Of a DNA stretch of 64,000 bases, positions 1-9,730 are shown in pieces. The notes beneath the pieces are model-generated. The model did no database searches. It saw only the letters and a list, made by a program, of their open reading frames with translations, and was not told the origin of the DNA. Location of the stretch: positions 640,001 to 704,000 of the forward strand of contig OY820579.1 in the NCBI GenBank assembly GCA_963681965.1, written 5' to 3'. Position numbers and translations under genes: made by a program. This DNA comes from a bacterium (GTDB lineage Bacteria > Electryoneota > JAOADG01). The first letter of the stretch is position 1. Each line of letters starts with the position of its first letter.

Positions 1-152
1 AAATCGCGCGCGACGTTCAAATTGACGTCAGCTTCGAGCAGAATCTTGCGAATTTCACGCAGTGTTTCCCGGACCTGCTCTTCGCTCAGACGTCCGCCAC
101 CACGCAGTTTCTTGAAAAAGCCTTCCAGCCGATTCGACAGTTGCTCGAACAT
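1..152 (-). CDS. ffh: Signal recognition particle protein Ffh, N-terminal part (runs off window start)
   Basis: Manual minus-strand translation from ATG at 152: MFEQLSNRLEGFFKKLRGGGRLSEEQVRETLREIRKILLEADVNLNVARDF, the typical SRP54 N-domain (LLEADV). Not in the ORF track because it is truncated. Confidence 0.92.
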   Translation of the reverse strand, partial: MFEQLSNRLEGFFKKLRGGGRLSEEQVRETLREIRKILLEADVNLNVARD

Positions 153-213
153 AGCACCTTTTTATCGTAGCCGACAGCAATCGCACTGGAGCCAATCCAG
201 TGTCACCATCCGC

Positions 214-702
214 TTAGTGTTTTCCAAATCGATTGATAATCGTGTCAATGATATTCGTGGTCGAACGTTCCGGAACCAAATCCACCAACTCGACACAGCC
301 ACCAGCCGCCATAACCGCACTCGCACCGGCGATTTGCTCGACCGAGTAGTCGGCGCCTTTCACGAGTACATCCGGCAACAGCTTTTGATACAGCGCTTCC
401 GGGGTAGGTTCGTCGAACGGTATAACCGCTTCGACCACCTTCAACGACACCAATAATTTCGCACGGTCTTCCCAAGGCACCAACGGTCGCTTATCGCCTT
501 TAATGGCTCTTACCGATGCATCGCTATTCAGAGCGATCCACAATCTTCGCCCGTAGGAAGCGGCTTTTTCCAAATATTCGATGTGACCTCGATGTAAGAT
601 ATCGAACACACCATTGGTCATGACGAGGCGCATTCCAATTTTGCGGTACGACAACCGCAACGCCAGCGCTCGCTCCGGCGTAAAAATCCGGTCTTCAAAC
701 AT
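214..702 (-). CDS. rfaE2: D-glycero-beta-D-manno-heptose 1-phosphate adenylyltransferase (RfaE domain II / HldC)
   Basis: TNGVFDILHRGH (HIGH-like), LNSDASVRAIKGDKRP, LVKGADY, STTNII motifs. Confidence 0.92.
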   Translation of the reverse strand: MFEDRIFTPERALALRLSYRKIGMRLVMTNGVFDILHRGHIEYLEKAASYGRRLWIALNSDASVRAIKGDKRPLVPWEDRAKLLVSLKVVEAVIPFDEPTPEALYQKLLPDVLVKGADYSVEQIAGASAVMAAGGCVELVDLVPERSTTNIIDTIINRFGKH

Positions 703-798
703 GGTCTCTTTCAGGATCGGGATTCCGAACCCGGCAATCGGCGAAAATACTCGCTTCGCGCTGGATCGGCACCTCCGATACCCCTCTGAACGACAATT

Positions 799-819
799 AG
801 CCCGACGTTGTGCCGGGCT
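799..819 (-). terminator. Hairpin just downstream of tRNA-Val
   Basis: AGCCCG-N9-CGGGCT inverted repeat 3 nt from the tRNA CCA end; weak U-tract. Confidence 0.35.
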
Positions 820-821
820 TC

Positions 822-898
822 TGGTGGGCGCTACTAGACTTGAACTAGTGACCTCTGGTATGTGAGACCAGCGCTCTAACCAGCTGAGCTAAGCGCCC
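822..898 (-). tRNA. tRNA-Val (anticodon CAC)
   Basis: Reverse complement GGGCGCTTAGCTCAGCTGGTTAGAGCGCTGGTCTCACATACCAGAGGTCACTAGTTCAAGTCTAGTAGCGCCCACCA: 7-bp acceptor stem, D-loop, CTGGT/ACCAG anticodon stem with CT-CAC-AT loop, TTCAAGT T-loop, encoded CCA. Confidence 0.96.
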
Positions 899-944
899 AA
901 TATTATTTCGCTTCTGCGACCTTAAATTCCTCAAGCTTGGAAAA

Positions 945-1925
945 TTACAAATTTTTAACACTGTCGCGCAACAGCTCCAATTTGACCGGAACCGCCCCAA
1001 CTTCGCCAACCACAATCCCGGCGGCACAATTCGCGACCCGCGCCGCCGCCCGGACATCGCCGCCAGCCCCCATGATAGCCGCCATTGTAGCGATTACCGT
1101 ATCGCCGGCACCACTCACATCGGCAACTTTCCGGGCATCTGTCGCAATTGTTGTGATTCCGGCGTTTCCACCCAAAGTCATCCCTTTCGCTCCGCGAGTG
1201 AGCAGAATGTACTCGGCTTTCAATAACTCCCGGAGGTGATAGATTGCTTCGACAATCGATTCTTCGCCCTCGATCGGTCGATTGAGAGCCGTCCGTACTT
1301 CTCGAAGATTCGGTTTAAAAACGGTCACTCCGACATATTCGAAAAACCGGAGTTGCTTCGGATCGACCAGAATTGGAATCTGTTCGGCATTCGCCAACCG
1401 GATTACGGTGGTGATAATGTCGCTGCGCAGCACCCCTTTGTTATAGTCCTGCAAAATGATTCCGCGTATTTCGCCGCTGCGAATCCGATCGCGTAGCCGA
1501 TACAGAATCTGTTCGGCGACGGAATCGGAGACGTCGTCGCGGTGTTCGCGATCGAACCGCACGACATGGTGCGAATCTGCCAATACCCGTGTTTTCACTG
1601 TCGTCGGGCGGTCTTCAACGGAAAAAATGCCGGTACTGTCGCAACCAAAGTCTTCAAGCATCAACCGGAGGGTTTTACCGTCGTTGTCTTCGCCGATCAC
1701 ACCGAACGGTTCCGGTACGACACCGAGTGCGGAGAGATTCTGCAATACATTCGCCGCACCACCGGGCAACACAAATTCGTCGTGGATATCGACGACCGGC
1801 ACTGGTGCCTCGGGCGAGATCCGGTCGGCTTTGCCCATCAGGTAACGGTCGAGCATCAGGTCGCCCACCACCGCGATGTGGATGCCTTTACAAGAGTCGA
1901 GCAGTGATAAAAATGATTGTTCCAT
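945..1925 (-). CDS. rfaE1: D-glycero-beta-D-manno-heptose-7-phosphate kinase (RfaE domain I / HldA)
   Basis: VGDLMLDRY, RISPEAPVPV, GGAANV, DYNKG, DVSGAGDTV (PfkB motif). Confidence 0.93.
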   Translation of the reverse strand: MEQSFLSLLDSCKGIHIAVVGDLMLDRYLMGKADRISPEAPVPVVDIHDEFVLPGGAANVLQNLSALGVVPEPFGVIGEDNDGKTLRLMLEDFGCDSTGIFSVEDRPTTVKTRVLADSHHVVRFDREHRDDVSDSVAEQILYRLRDRIRSGEIRGIILQDYNKGVLRSDIITTVIRLANAEQIPILVDPKQLRFFEYVGVTVFKPNLREVRTALNRPIEGEESIVEAIYHLRELLKAEYILLTRGAKGMTLGGNAGITTIATDARKVADVSGAGDTVIATMAAIMGAGGDVRAAARVANCAAGIVVGEVGAVPVKLELLRDSVKNL

Positions 1926-1955
1926 TTACAGCTTCTTCGTCAATTTTTTTAAAAG

Positions 1956-2159
1956 GTAGGGGCGGTTCGCGAACCGCCCGTGTCCAATCAAACAAAAATA
2001 CACATGAGTAGATTGCTTCGTCCTTCCGCTTCGGAAGTCAGCCGTTCGGCTGACGTTCTTTCGCTGCAGTCCTCGCAACGACAAATCAAGATTCAAGATT
2101 TACAGATCACATGAATTGATTGCCACAGCCGCTGAGGGCGTATTGCCATACGCCCCTAC
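1956..2159. repeat. Inverted pair of GTAG-type REP-like palindromes enclosing further hairpins (REPIN-like)
   Basis: GTAGGGGCGGTTCGCGAACCGCCC (1956-1979, +) and GTAGGGGCGTATGGCAATACGCCC (2136-2159, -); internal hairpins at 2023-2037 and 2037-2054. Confidence 0.7.
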
Positions 2160-2174
2160 AGTAAAAAACAACAA

Positions 2175-3149
2175 TCAATCACCCAATCGCTTGCCCGGTG
2201 CGATGTAATCCACGACATATCGTTTCACATAGTCGGCAAATTTATCGGTGAATGACGCAAAACCGAGCGCTTGCAATCGCGACATTTCGGCGCAAGTATA
2301 ATACTGATACCGATCGCGCAAATCGTCCGGGGTGGGGAAATAAATAATGTGTGCCGGTTTCTGGATCGCGGCAAACACCGCTTCCGCCAATTGATTGAAC
2401 GAATGCGCTCGACCGGTTCCAAGATTGAAAATGCCATTCACCTTCGGATTGTCGTAGGCGAACATCAATCCTTCCAGCACTTCCCAGATCGAAACGAAAT
2501 CGCGACTCTGCCCGCCATCCTTGTAGTCTGGATGGTGTGATTCGAATAACCGAATCGTTCCAACATCCCGTGCCTGTGGATAGGTATGCAGAATCACGCT
2601 TGCCATGCGACCCTTGTGGTATTCGTTCGGTCCGAACACATTGAAGAACCGAAATCCGGCAACTTTATCGTACCAGTCGTGTTCGAGTACATACTTGTCG
2701 AACAACCATTTCGAAAAACCGTACGGATTCAACGGCTTCAGTTTGAATGTTAAATCCGGATCGTCGGAGAACCCCAGTGCGCCATCGCCATACACCGCCG
2801 CCGATGAAGCATAGATGAACCGCACACCGTGACCGAGCGACCAGTCGCACAACGCGCGCGTAAAATCGAAATTCCATGAATAGAAGAAGTCACCGTCGAG
2901 CAGTGTCGTGTCCGCATTCGCACCGATATGAAATACCGCTTCCAAGTCGTGTGCCCAATGGTCGACCGAGAGCCGCTCGAAAAATTCATCGCGATCGATA
3001 AATTCAGCGAATTTCAGACCGAGCAGATTCTTCCACTTCTCGCCATGTCCCAATTTGTCTACCAAAATCAAATCGGTACGCCCCCGGCGGTTCAGTTCCC
3101 ACACCACGGCACTGCCGATAAATCCTGTCGCTCCGGTTATCAGTATCAT
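2175..3149 (-). CDS. hldD: ADP-L-glycero-D-manno-heptose 6-epimerase
   Basis: GATGFIG, YASSAAVYG, PLNPYGFSK (YxxxK), FFNVFGPNEYHKGRMAS, IFNLGTG, YQYYTCA. Confidence 0.93.
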   Translation of the reverse strand: MILITGATGFIGSAVVWELNRRGRTDLILVDKLGHGEKWKNLLGLKFAEFIDRDEFFERLSVDHWAHDLEAVFHIGANADTTLLDGDFFYSWNFDFTRALCDWSLGHGVRFIYASSAAVYGDGALGFSDDPDLTFKLKPLNPYGFSKWLFDKYVLEHDWYDKVAGFRFFNVFGPNEYHKGRMASVILHTYPQARDVGTIRLFESHHPDYKDGGQSRDFVSIWEVLEGLMFAYDNPKVNGIFNLGTGRAHSFNQLAEAVFAAIQKPAHIIYFPTPDDLRDRYQYYTCAEMSRLQALGFASFTDKFADYVKRYVVDYIAPGKRLGD

Positions 3150-3241
3150 TTCTATATCCTATGAACGATGATAGGGGCAATTTCGATTGCCCCTTGCAAT
3201 GTACATCGATTAGACGGCACAATGTTACTCAAATCAAATTG

Positions 3242-4144
3242 TTATTTCGATTCCGGTTTTTTCGACCCGGTCGGTTCACCCAATTTGTACTCGATCAGAC
3301 TTCCCTTGATCGTACCAAATGGCAATTCCGTTGCCATCATCACTGGCATATGTTTTTCGTCGTCGGTCAGCCAGACCCAAATTCGACCTTTCCGCTTGAA
3401 AATACCTTCCGATTCCAATTTAGGTTCCACTTTCACACAATCGAACTTTCCTGCTGGAACCGAGACTCGCTCTTTCTTCTGAATTTCGACCATTAATGGA
3501 TATTTTTTGTCGACATCGTGCACGGGAATATGTACCGGCTTGCCCACTTCCAACGGCATCAGTCGAAGCATATACATCGATGAAAGAATATCTACGGCGA
3601 GTGTATCGAAATCGGTGATTTTGTTGTCCGATCCCGCTTGAATCATGGTTGCTTTTCGCGTGTTATGCTCGTAATCGACGAGTTTATCGTCTTTATAGTT
3701 ACCTTCGCGAAGTCGTTTGGTAAAGCGGTGCGAAACAAACATCACACTATCGACAAAGCTGTCGATCCGGTCGCGCACTTTGTAGATATAATCGAATCCC
3801 TTTGCCGATTTCGCTTCCGCCCGGAACTGATAACACTTGTGAGCATCAATTTTGGCAAACGGCAGGATCTCGAGAATTCCTGTACCGGCTGTTACGGCAC
3901 CAAATTCCAACGTAAAAACAAGTTTCTCGCCCGGACCAAACGCTCTATTCTCCAACGGTCGTGCCAAATCGGTTGCCCACAAGTCTTTTGTGATCGAAGT
4001 CGAATCGGCAAAGGCGGGTGCACCGATCGAAACCATCGCAATACAAACCACCGATAGTATAATTATTCCGATCGTCTTTCGACAGGACTTCATCGGTTTA
4101 CACTGGTTTGTTCGGTTAAATATTTTTTTAATATGCATCTTCAC
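3242..4144 (-). CDS. DUF3108-like exported protein (start uncertain, possibly ATG at 4138 or 4093)
   Basis: Hydrophobic signal segment, FGPGEKL, YKVRD, VPAGKFDC, VWLTDDEKHMPV pattern. Confidence 0.7.
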   Translation of the reverse strand: MKMHIKKIFNRTNQCKPMKSCRKTIGIIILSVVCIAMVSIGAPAFADSTSITKDLWATDLARPLENRAFGPGEKLVFTLEFGAVTAGTGILEILPFAKIDAHKCYQFRAEAKSAKGFDYIYKVRDRIDSFVDSVMFVSHRFTKRLREGNYKDDKLVDYEHNTRKATMIQAGSDNKITDFDTLAVDILSSMYMLRLMPLEVGKPVHIPVHDVDKKYPLMVEIQKKERVSVPAGKFDCVKVEPKLESEGIFKRKGRIWVWLTDDEKHMPVMMATELPFGTIKGSLIEYKLGEPTGSKKPESK

Positions 4145-5594
4145 CCCAAATCACCGCATAGAATGTCATAAGGATGATTTTTAGGTCGAGACCAAAGGTC
4201 CAATTTTCGACGTAATTGATATCCGCTTGCGTTCGAACCGCAATCGGTACTTGTCCGCGGAGCCCTGTCACTTGTGCCCAGCCGGTTAATCCAGCGCGAA
4301 CACGGTGACGGTCATTGTAACGCGGAACCTCTTTCGCAAACTGCTCGACGAATACCGGTCGTTCGGGACGCGGTCCGACAATCGACAAGTCCCCGACAAA
4401 AATATTCCACAACTGCGGTAGTTCATCTAACGAGCTGCGGCGTAAGAATTTACCGATTGGAGTTACCCGCGGATCACCCTTTACTGCCCAAACCGCACCC
4501 GATTTTTTTTCGGCGTCTTGCACCATCGAGCGATACTTCCAACATTTAAATATACGTCCGTGGAGCGTCACACGATCCTGTCCGTACAAAACCGGACCGG
4601 TACTCGATAGTTTTACCAATATTGCAAGTAGTGTCAAAAGGGGTGACAGTACAATCAGTGCCAAGCCCGACATCGCAATATCGAAAGACCGCTTCAATAC
4701 GGCATTCCAGCCCTTGAGCGGAACACCTTTCAATTCCAGAATCGGAACACCCTCGATGTCGCGTGCTTCGAGTCGCGAGGTCAATTTCGACAACTTCACT
4801 GGCACATAAGCGACTTCGATATTGCGTCCGGTAAGGCGCTCAATCACCTTGTCCAGCCGCTCCAGATCGGTATCCGGTACGGCAACGACCACCCGTTCGA
4901 TGTGGAATTCAGTCAATAAATCTTCGAGGTGATCCAGATCACCGATTCTTAGTTGTTCTGGCATTTTGTCATCGTTGGCATCGGAAATCCAACCAAGGAA
5001 TTGAATGCCGTTGAGATGTAAATGCTTCAGTCGTTCTATCAAGAGTTGTGCCGCATCGCCGTGTCCAACCAAGACGGTACGGAGCATTCCCAAACTGCGG
5101 TTATGCAATACCCGTTTGATTCGGAATTCGATCCAACGGGCAATCGTAATACACAACATCCAACTGATCAGCAGCACTGTGTACATCATCCGCGACCAGG
5201 TGGTATCGCGATAGAAGAAGTTCGCGGCAATCAGCAGTATCCACGCGACGCCGACTTGTTTGATCATCCGGATATAATCGTCGCGGAAACCGTGTCCGGG
5301 AACAAATCGGTAGAATCCCCGAAGGGCTAGTAGGGTTACCAGAAAGAGCGAACCGATCAAAGCGGCAAATAGAATCGTGCTCGCTTCAGGAATACCAAGT
5401 GTAACGGGAAACCACTTCGTCAGTGGGCTGTAAAACCGTAACCAATAAGCGAGTGAAAACGCGACCCATGTTCCCATTAGGTCGCCGAGTACCGCAATTG
5501 CCGGGACGGCAAACAGGCGTGTTGTTCCGTGACCACGACCGGGATTGTCGGAAGGATTAATCGACATCGATTCCCTCACCGATACTTCCGGCAT
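4128..5594 (-). CDS. Undecaprenyl-phosphate glucose phosphotransferase (WcaJ/WbaP-like priming transferase)
   Basis: N-terminal TM helices, KRSFDI, KYRSM, DPRVTPIGKFLRRSSLDELPQLWN, VGPRPERP, GLTGWAQV; start trimmed to ATG 5594 to limit overlap with the upstream GT4 gene. Confidence 0.88.
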   Translation of the reverse strand: MPEVSVRESMSINPSDNPGRGHGTTRLFAVPAIAVLGDLMGTWVAFSLAYWLRFYSPLTKWFPVTLGIPEASTILFAALIGSLFLVTLLALRGFYRFVPGHGFRDDYIRMIKQVGVAWILLIAANFFYRDTTWSRMMYTVLLISWMLCITIARWIEFRIKRVLHNRSLGMLRTVLVGHGDAAQLLIERLKHLHLNGIQFLGWISDANDDKMPEQLRIGDLDHLEDLLTEFHIERVVVAVPDTDLERLDKVIERLTGRNIEVAYVPVKLSKLTSRLEARDIEGVPILELKGVPLKGWNAVLKRSFDIAMSGLALIVLSPLLTLLAILVKLSSTGPVLYGQDRVTLHGRIFKCWKYRSMVQDAEKKSGAVWAVKGDPRVTPIGKFLRRSSLDELPQLWNIFVGDLSIVGPRPERPVFVEQFAKEVPRYNDRHRVRAGLTGWAQVTGLRGQVPIAVRTQADINYVENWTFGLDLKIILMTFYAVIWGEDAY

Positions 5595-6750
5595 GTTGTC
5601 GCATCGCTTCCGGCAGTTCGTGCACATCGCCACCGTGCAGGATCCAGCGACTCGCAATCGCGGAGGAATAGCGCTGGAGGAACCGATTGCGATCGAAGAA
5701 TTCGGCGGTGTGCCGGATGGCATGGCGATCCAGCGATAGTTGTTCCAATTCCCGGATGCCCTGCAACAACGAATCAACGGTCTGTTCGGCAAATCCGGTG
5801 CCGGTGATCGGCAGGTTATCGCGTTTTGCTCGCGCGGGTATCACGACCGTCTCCATCGCACCACCACGGGAATAAGCAACGACTGGCGTTCCGGTTGCCA
5901 TTGCTTCTACCGGAACGATACCAAAATCCTCTTCACCGGGGAACAGCAGTGCTGTCGCACCGCCATAGAGCCGATTTAATTCACTCCCCTCGACTGAGCC
6001 ACAGAATTCCACCGTTGGTCCGGCAAGGCGTTCCAAATTCTTTTTCTCGGGACCGTCGCCGACAATCTTCAAGTTGAAACCGGCGTGTTTTGCGGCTTCT
6101 ACCGCCAGATCGACACGTTTATACGGCACTAATGAAGTCACGACCAGAAAATAATTGCCCGATTGATCGCCCATGGTAAACTGTTTTGTTTCGACTGGCG
6201 GATAGACGACTTCCGCTTCCCGTCGCCAGTGGTGATTGATCCGACGCCGGACGTGGTGACTGTTCGCCAAGTAGTGGTCGGCACGCGAAGCACTGATGAC
6301 ATCCCATTCACGCAATCGGCGAGCCGATAGCGTCGCTGCCATTCGAAACAATGGACCGTGTTTGCGTTCGCCGAAATATTCCCAGAACAGTTCCCAGACG
6401 TAGCGCATCGGCGTGTGGATATAGGAAACGTGCAGCGCATCCGACCGCGACAGCACCCCTTTTGCGACCGCATGCGAGGTCGATAACACCAAATCGTATT
6501 GCGACAGATCGAAACTTTCGATTGCCGCCGGGAAGAACGGCAGGTAGTAGCGATACCGCTCTGCCGACATCGGTAGTCGTTGAATAAAACTGGTGTGGAT
6601 ATTGCACTCGGCGATGCGTCCGTGAATCTTTTCCGGCACATGCAACAACGTGTAGAGATCGCACGGACCGACGAGTTCGCAGATCGCGTCGAGCACTTTC
6701 TCGCCGCCGCGCATTCCGGTCAACCAGTCGTGTACTAAGGCTATTTTCAT
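5557..6750 (-). CDS. Glycosyltransferase family 4 (WbaZ/RfaB-like)
   Basis: MKIALVHDWLTGMRGGEKV, HTPMRY, EDFGIVPVEAMATGTPV. Confidence 0.9.
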   Translation of the reverse strand: MKIALVHDWLTGMRGGEKVLDAICELVGPCDLYTLLHVPEKIHGRIAECNIHTSFIQRLPMSAERYRYYLPFFPAAIESFDLSQYDLVLSTSHAVAKGVLSRSDALHVSYIHTPMRYVWELFWEYFGERKHGPLFRMAATLSARRLREWDVISASRADHYLANSHHVRRRINHHWRREAEVVYPPVETKQFTMGDQSGNYFLVVTSLVPYKRVDLAVEAAKHAGFNLKIVGDGPEKKNLERLAGPTVEFCGSVEGSELNRLYGGATALLFPGEEDFGIVPVEAMATGTPVVAYSRGGAMETVVIPARAKRDNLPITGTGFAEQTVDSLLQGIRELEQLSLDRHAIRHTAEFFDRNRFLQRYSSAIASRWILHGGDVHELPEAMRQHAGSIGEGIDVD

Positions 6751-6862
6751 AATTGAGACTTAAAATTCACAGTATTATTCCACTGTCGTTACATCTATCG
6801 ACAGAAAGAAAGATTGTCGCACCTTCAAGACCAGTTTAAAAAAAGAGTGTTAACCCTCTTTA

Positions 6863-7639
6863 TCACTCTTTCGGCGCCTTTTCCGGGTTTCGTGCCCATT
6901 CCACTAAATATAAGAAACGCATGATGAAGTTCATTATATCGAAGGCAGTCGAAGTGATCCCGGCAAAGCCATTCAAGAACCCTAGTTTCAGGAAATACCG
7001 TTCGAGCGTGCGTCCGAACGGTTTCCAAAACAACCACTTCCACGCCAGACCGGCACTCGGTCGCACCCCGTTCTTCCACGCGACTTCAGCTTCGAATTTC
7101 GAGAAGAAGTGCAATTTCCGGATCAACATATCCGCTTCGGGATATGATTCGTGGATCATCGGATGCTTGAGAATACCCATTTTCCCGGTACCGACCATCC
7201 GCTCGTGGACATGCTTCTCTTCAAAGCGATAGGTCCCGCGCCGGATCAATCGCAGTTGGTAGTCGGGGTAAACGCCACCAAATCGCATCCCGCGTCCGAG
7301 AATTCGATTCAGCCGGGGGAACAGATACGAGTCGTATTTGCTGTCCTGCATCACCCGTTCCATCTCGGCACGGCTTTCCGGTGTGATCCGCTCGTCAGCA
7401 TCGAGCACCAGCACCCAATCGCCATGACAGGCATCGATTGCGATATTTTTATTGGTGTTCAGTTGTGCCCGATTCGGTTGCGAGATCACGATGGCACCAT
7501 GTTGACGACAAATCTCGGCGGTGCGGTCGGTTGAGTCGGCATCCACCACGACGATCTCGTCGGCAAATGCGACCGACTCCAGTGTCTCGCCGATCAGTTT
7601 CTCCTCGTTGTGCGCCAACATCGCGATACTAAGCTTCAT
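6863..7639 (-). CDS. Glycosyltransferase family 2 (WaaE/KdtX-like LPS glucosyltransferase)
   Basis: AHNEE, VDADSTDRT, LDADE, PDYQLRL, VHE, GFLNG. Confidence 0.88.
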   Translation of the reverse strand: MKLSIAMLAHNEEKLIGETLESVAFADEIVVVDADSTDRTAEICRQHGAIVISQPNRAQLNTNKNIAIDACHGDWVLVLDADERITPESRAEMERVMQDSKYDSYLFPRLNRILGRGMRFGGVYPDYQLRLIRRGTYRFEEKHVHERMVGTGKMGILKHPMIHESYPEADMLIRKLHFFSKFEAEVAWKNGVRPSAGLAWKWLFWKPFGRTLERYFLKLGFLNGFAGITSTAFDIMNFIMRFLYLVEWARNPEKAPKE

Positions 7640-8703
7640 CCTTCATTCTCCGTCCGAATCATCGGGAAGCCGAGCCACTCGAATAACCGAGTTGCCTGAG
7701 CCGTCAATCCCCACCGCGCTTCGAAATCGTTCATCCGTTGCCGACGCCGCTCCCAACTCAAATCGGTACAGTTCGATAATGTCTGCTCGACCCATCGCGC
7801 CGGATACTCTTTCGAGATCGCCTCTTCGCCAAAACCGGCTGCTGTCCACTGCCGCGACACAATATCGTCGGTCATAAACGCAGGAACCCCCACTTCGCAG
7901 GAGCGGGTGAGCGATTCATTCAATTCTTCGGGGTCGAATCCGGGAAGCCAGACTGCTGAAGCTGCCGACCAGATCTTCTCTTCTTCATATTCGGATAAAT
8001 TGTAAACAATGCGCGAAACACCGAATCGATGCAATCGGTCGCAAATCGGTTCCATCGCACCGGGTGGAATAGCGCGTCCGAACACCAACACCACGTCGTT
8101 ATGTCCCGAAAGCAACATTTCACAAGTGATACTGCAATCGCCCCAATTCCGGGTACGAACTCTCGAACGACCGGGTAACCAAACGATCGGAGCGGAATCT
8201 TTTAAGTCGAATTCCCGTCGAAATTCTTTAGCGCGATCATCCGAAACAAATATCCGTCCCGGTTGCAGCGGTAACCAGAGATCGTCGGCACCACCCGACC
8301 CGACATTTGCCGGACTGGGGTATAACGCCGGCATCAATCGCCGGAAAAACCACCCTTGCTCCTGCGGCTCGCCATCGAGAATCACGCGTCGAATCTTGTC
8401 TTTCGGCAACCATGGGAGAGCTGCTCGCACCCCGTTTTTCGCCCGGGTTGAATCCACCAATGCGGCAGCGGTTGGTAATTCGCGTAGAATCTCTTTTACT
8501 TCACCACGACCGCTCTCAACCACCCGGAAACCTTCTTGCCCTGCCGGTCCAGATAGCGGATCTGATGCCGGCAACAGAAACAGCGGCGAATACCCGGCAT
8601 GATCCACCAGACGAGCAAGCCCAAGCCAGTAACGGTCGGCAATATGCGATCGTGCCGTCGTTAAGCAGAGGAGAATTCGCGGTGGTTTCTGATGAGTCGC
8701 CAT
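7636..8703 (-). CDS. Hypothetical protein in the LPS cluster, possibly a highly diverged GT-B-fold protein
   Basis: 355-aa ORF overlapping the GT2 start by 4 nt; faint GT4-like C-terminal pattern (VWLPGFDPEEL...CEVGVP). Confidence 0.55.
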   Translation of the reverse strand: MATHQKPPRILLCLTTARSHIADRYWLGLARLVDHAGYSPLFLLPASDPLSGPAGQEGFRVVESGRGEVKEILRELPTAAALVDSTRAKNGVRAALPWLPKDKIRRVILDGEPQEQGWFFRRLMPALYPSPANVGSGGADDLWLPLQPGRIFVSDDRAKEFRREFDLKDSAPIVWLPGRSRVRTRNWGDCSITCEMLLSGHNDVVLVFGRAIPPGAMEPICDRLHRFGVSRIVYNLSEYEEEKIWSAASAVWLPGFDPEELNESLTRSCEVGVPAFMTDDIVSRQWTAAGFGEEAISKEYPARWVEQTLSNCTDLSWERRRQRMNDFEARWGLTAQATRLFEWLGFPMIRTENEG

Positions 8704-8719
8704 TCGTTCAATAACTGTT

Positions 8720-9730
8720 TTATTGGTGTTTTACTTGTTCGATCATCGCTACGGCATTGGTTACAACCAATTCCGGATCGAGTGTTAACATACATTGAAA
8801 ATGTTTCTCTGGACACTGATTGCCGCCGTGAATCGCACACGGTCGACACGGCAATTCGCGCCCCAGAACACGATCATATTGTCCTTGCGGACCAAATCCG
8901 AATGCAGGAACCGTCGCGCCGAAAATTGCCAGTGTTGGCGTTCCGACTGCCTGTGCCAGATGTAATGGTGCCGAATCATTCGTGATCAATAGCCGGCAGT
9001 TGGCAATCGTCGCCGCCGATTCTCGCGGTGTCAATTCACCGGCAACCGAAACACCCTTCCCGGCGGTAGCTACCTGTTGACACAATTCGCGGTCGGCAGT
9101 TCCTCCAATCGCAACGATGCGATAACCTGATTGTACCAATCGTTCGGCAACAGCTATAAATCGATTGATCGGATATCGCTTCGTATGCCAGACTGCACCC
9201 GGCGCAATTGCAATAGAATTGTTCGCTTCACCGATGATTTTTTTTGCGCCTAAGCGATCGCTATCGGTTAACTGCATGACTGGAATTGTTGCACTACCCG
9301 GCTTTCCGGTAATGGGTTCCAGTAAATCGAGCAGTCGCGCCGTTTCGTGTGCTGTTTTCCGGTAAGCAACGCGTTTTGTCAATCCGGGAATATGCGCCGC
9401 GCGATCGTAGCCAATTCGCGTCTTCGCTCTGGAAAATCCTGCCAGTGCTACGCTACGTGCCGAACGGTGCGGTACTAACACTATCTCCGGATGAAAGTTG
9501 CGAATACGCTTTGCCATTCGCAACCATCCTGAAATTCCACTGTCACTGCCCCGTTTGTTATAGGCAACGGCATCGATCACACCCGCCGCGGTTTCGATTG
9601 CATTCACCGCTTCCGGTCGGGTAATAAATTGAATCTCACTGCTCGCATCGTATTCGCGGATTGCACGTAACAGTGGCAACGTTAAAATCACATCGCCGAG
9701 AAATGCCGTTTGGATCAGAGTCCAGCGCAT
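8720..9730 (-). CDS. Glycosyltransferase family 9 (LPS heptosyltransferase, WaaF-like)
   Basis: QTAFLGDVILTLP, IAPGAVWHTKRY, TNDSAPLHLA, FGAT, Cys-rich C-terminus; start at ATG 9730. Confidence 0.88.
   Translation of the reverse strand: MRWTLIQTAFLGDVILTLPLLRAIREYDASSEIQFITRPEAVNAIETAAGVIDAVAYNKRGSDSGISGWLRMAKRIRNFHPEIVLVPHRSARSVALAGFSRAKTRIGYDRAAHIPGLTKRVAYRKTAHETARLLDLLEPITGKPGSATIPVMQLTDSDRLGAKKIIGEANNSIAIAPGAVWHTKRYPINRFIAVAERLVQSGYRIVAIGGTADRELCQQVATAGKGVSVAGELTPRESAATIANCRLLITNDSAPLHLAQAVGTPTLAIFGATVPAFGFGPQGQYDRVLGRELPCRPCAIHGGNQCPEKHFQCMLTLDPELVVTNAVAMIEQVKHQ

Noticed and set aside
153-821. SRP RNA (ffs) near ffh
   Set aside because: No helix-8 signature (CAGG..GNRA..AGCAG) found in the intergenic segments.
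822-898. tRNA as an integration site (att) for a genomic island
   Set aside because: No integrase and no duplicated tRNA 3' end noticed; both flanks are housekeeping heptose genes.
5595-5792. N-terminal extensions in the ORF track (also 9731-9973, 35869-35961, 51426-51461, 54341-54526)
   Set aside because: They overlap neighbouring genes or precede better RBS/ATG starts, so the starts were trimmed.
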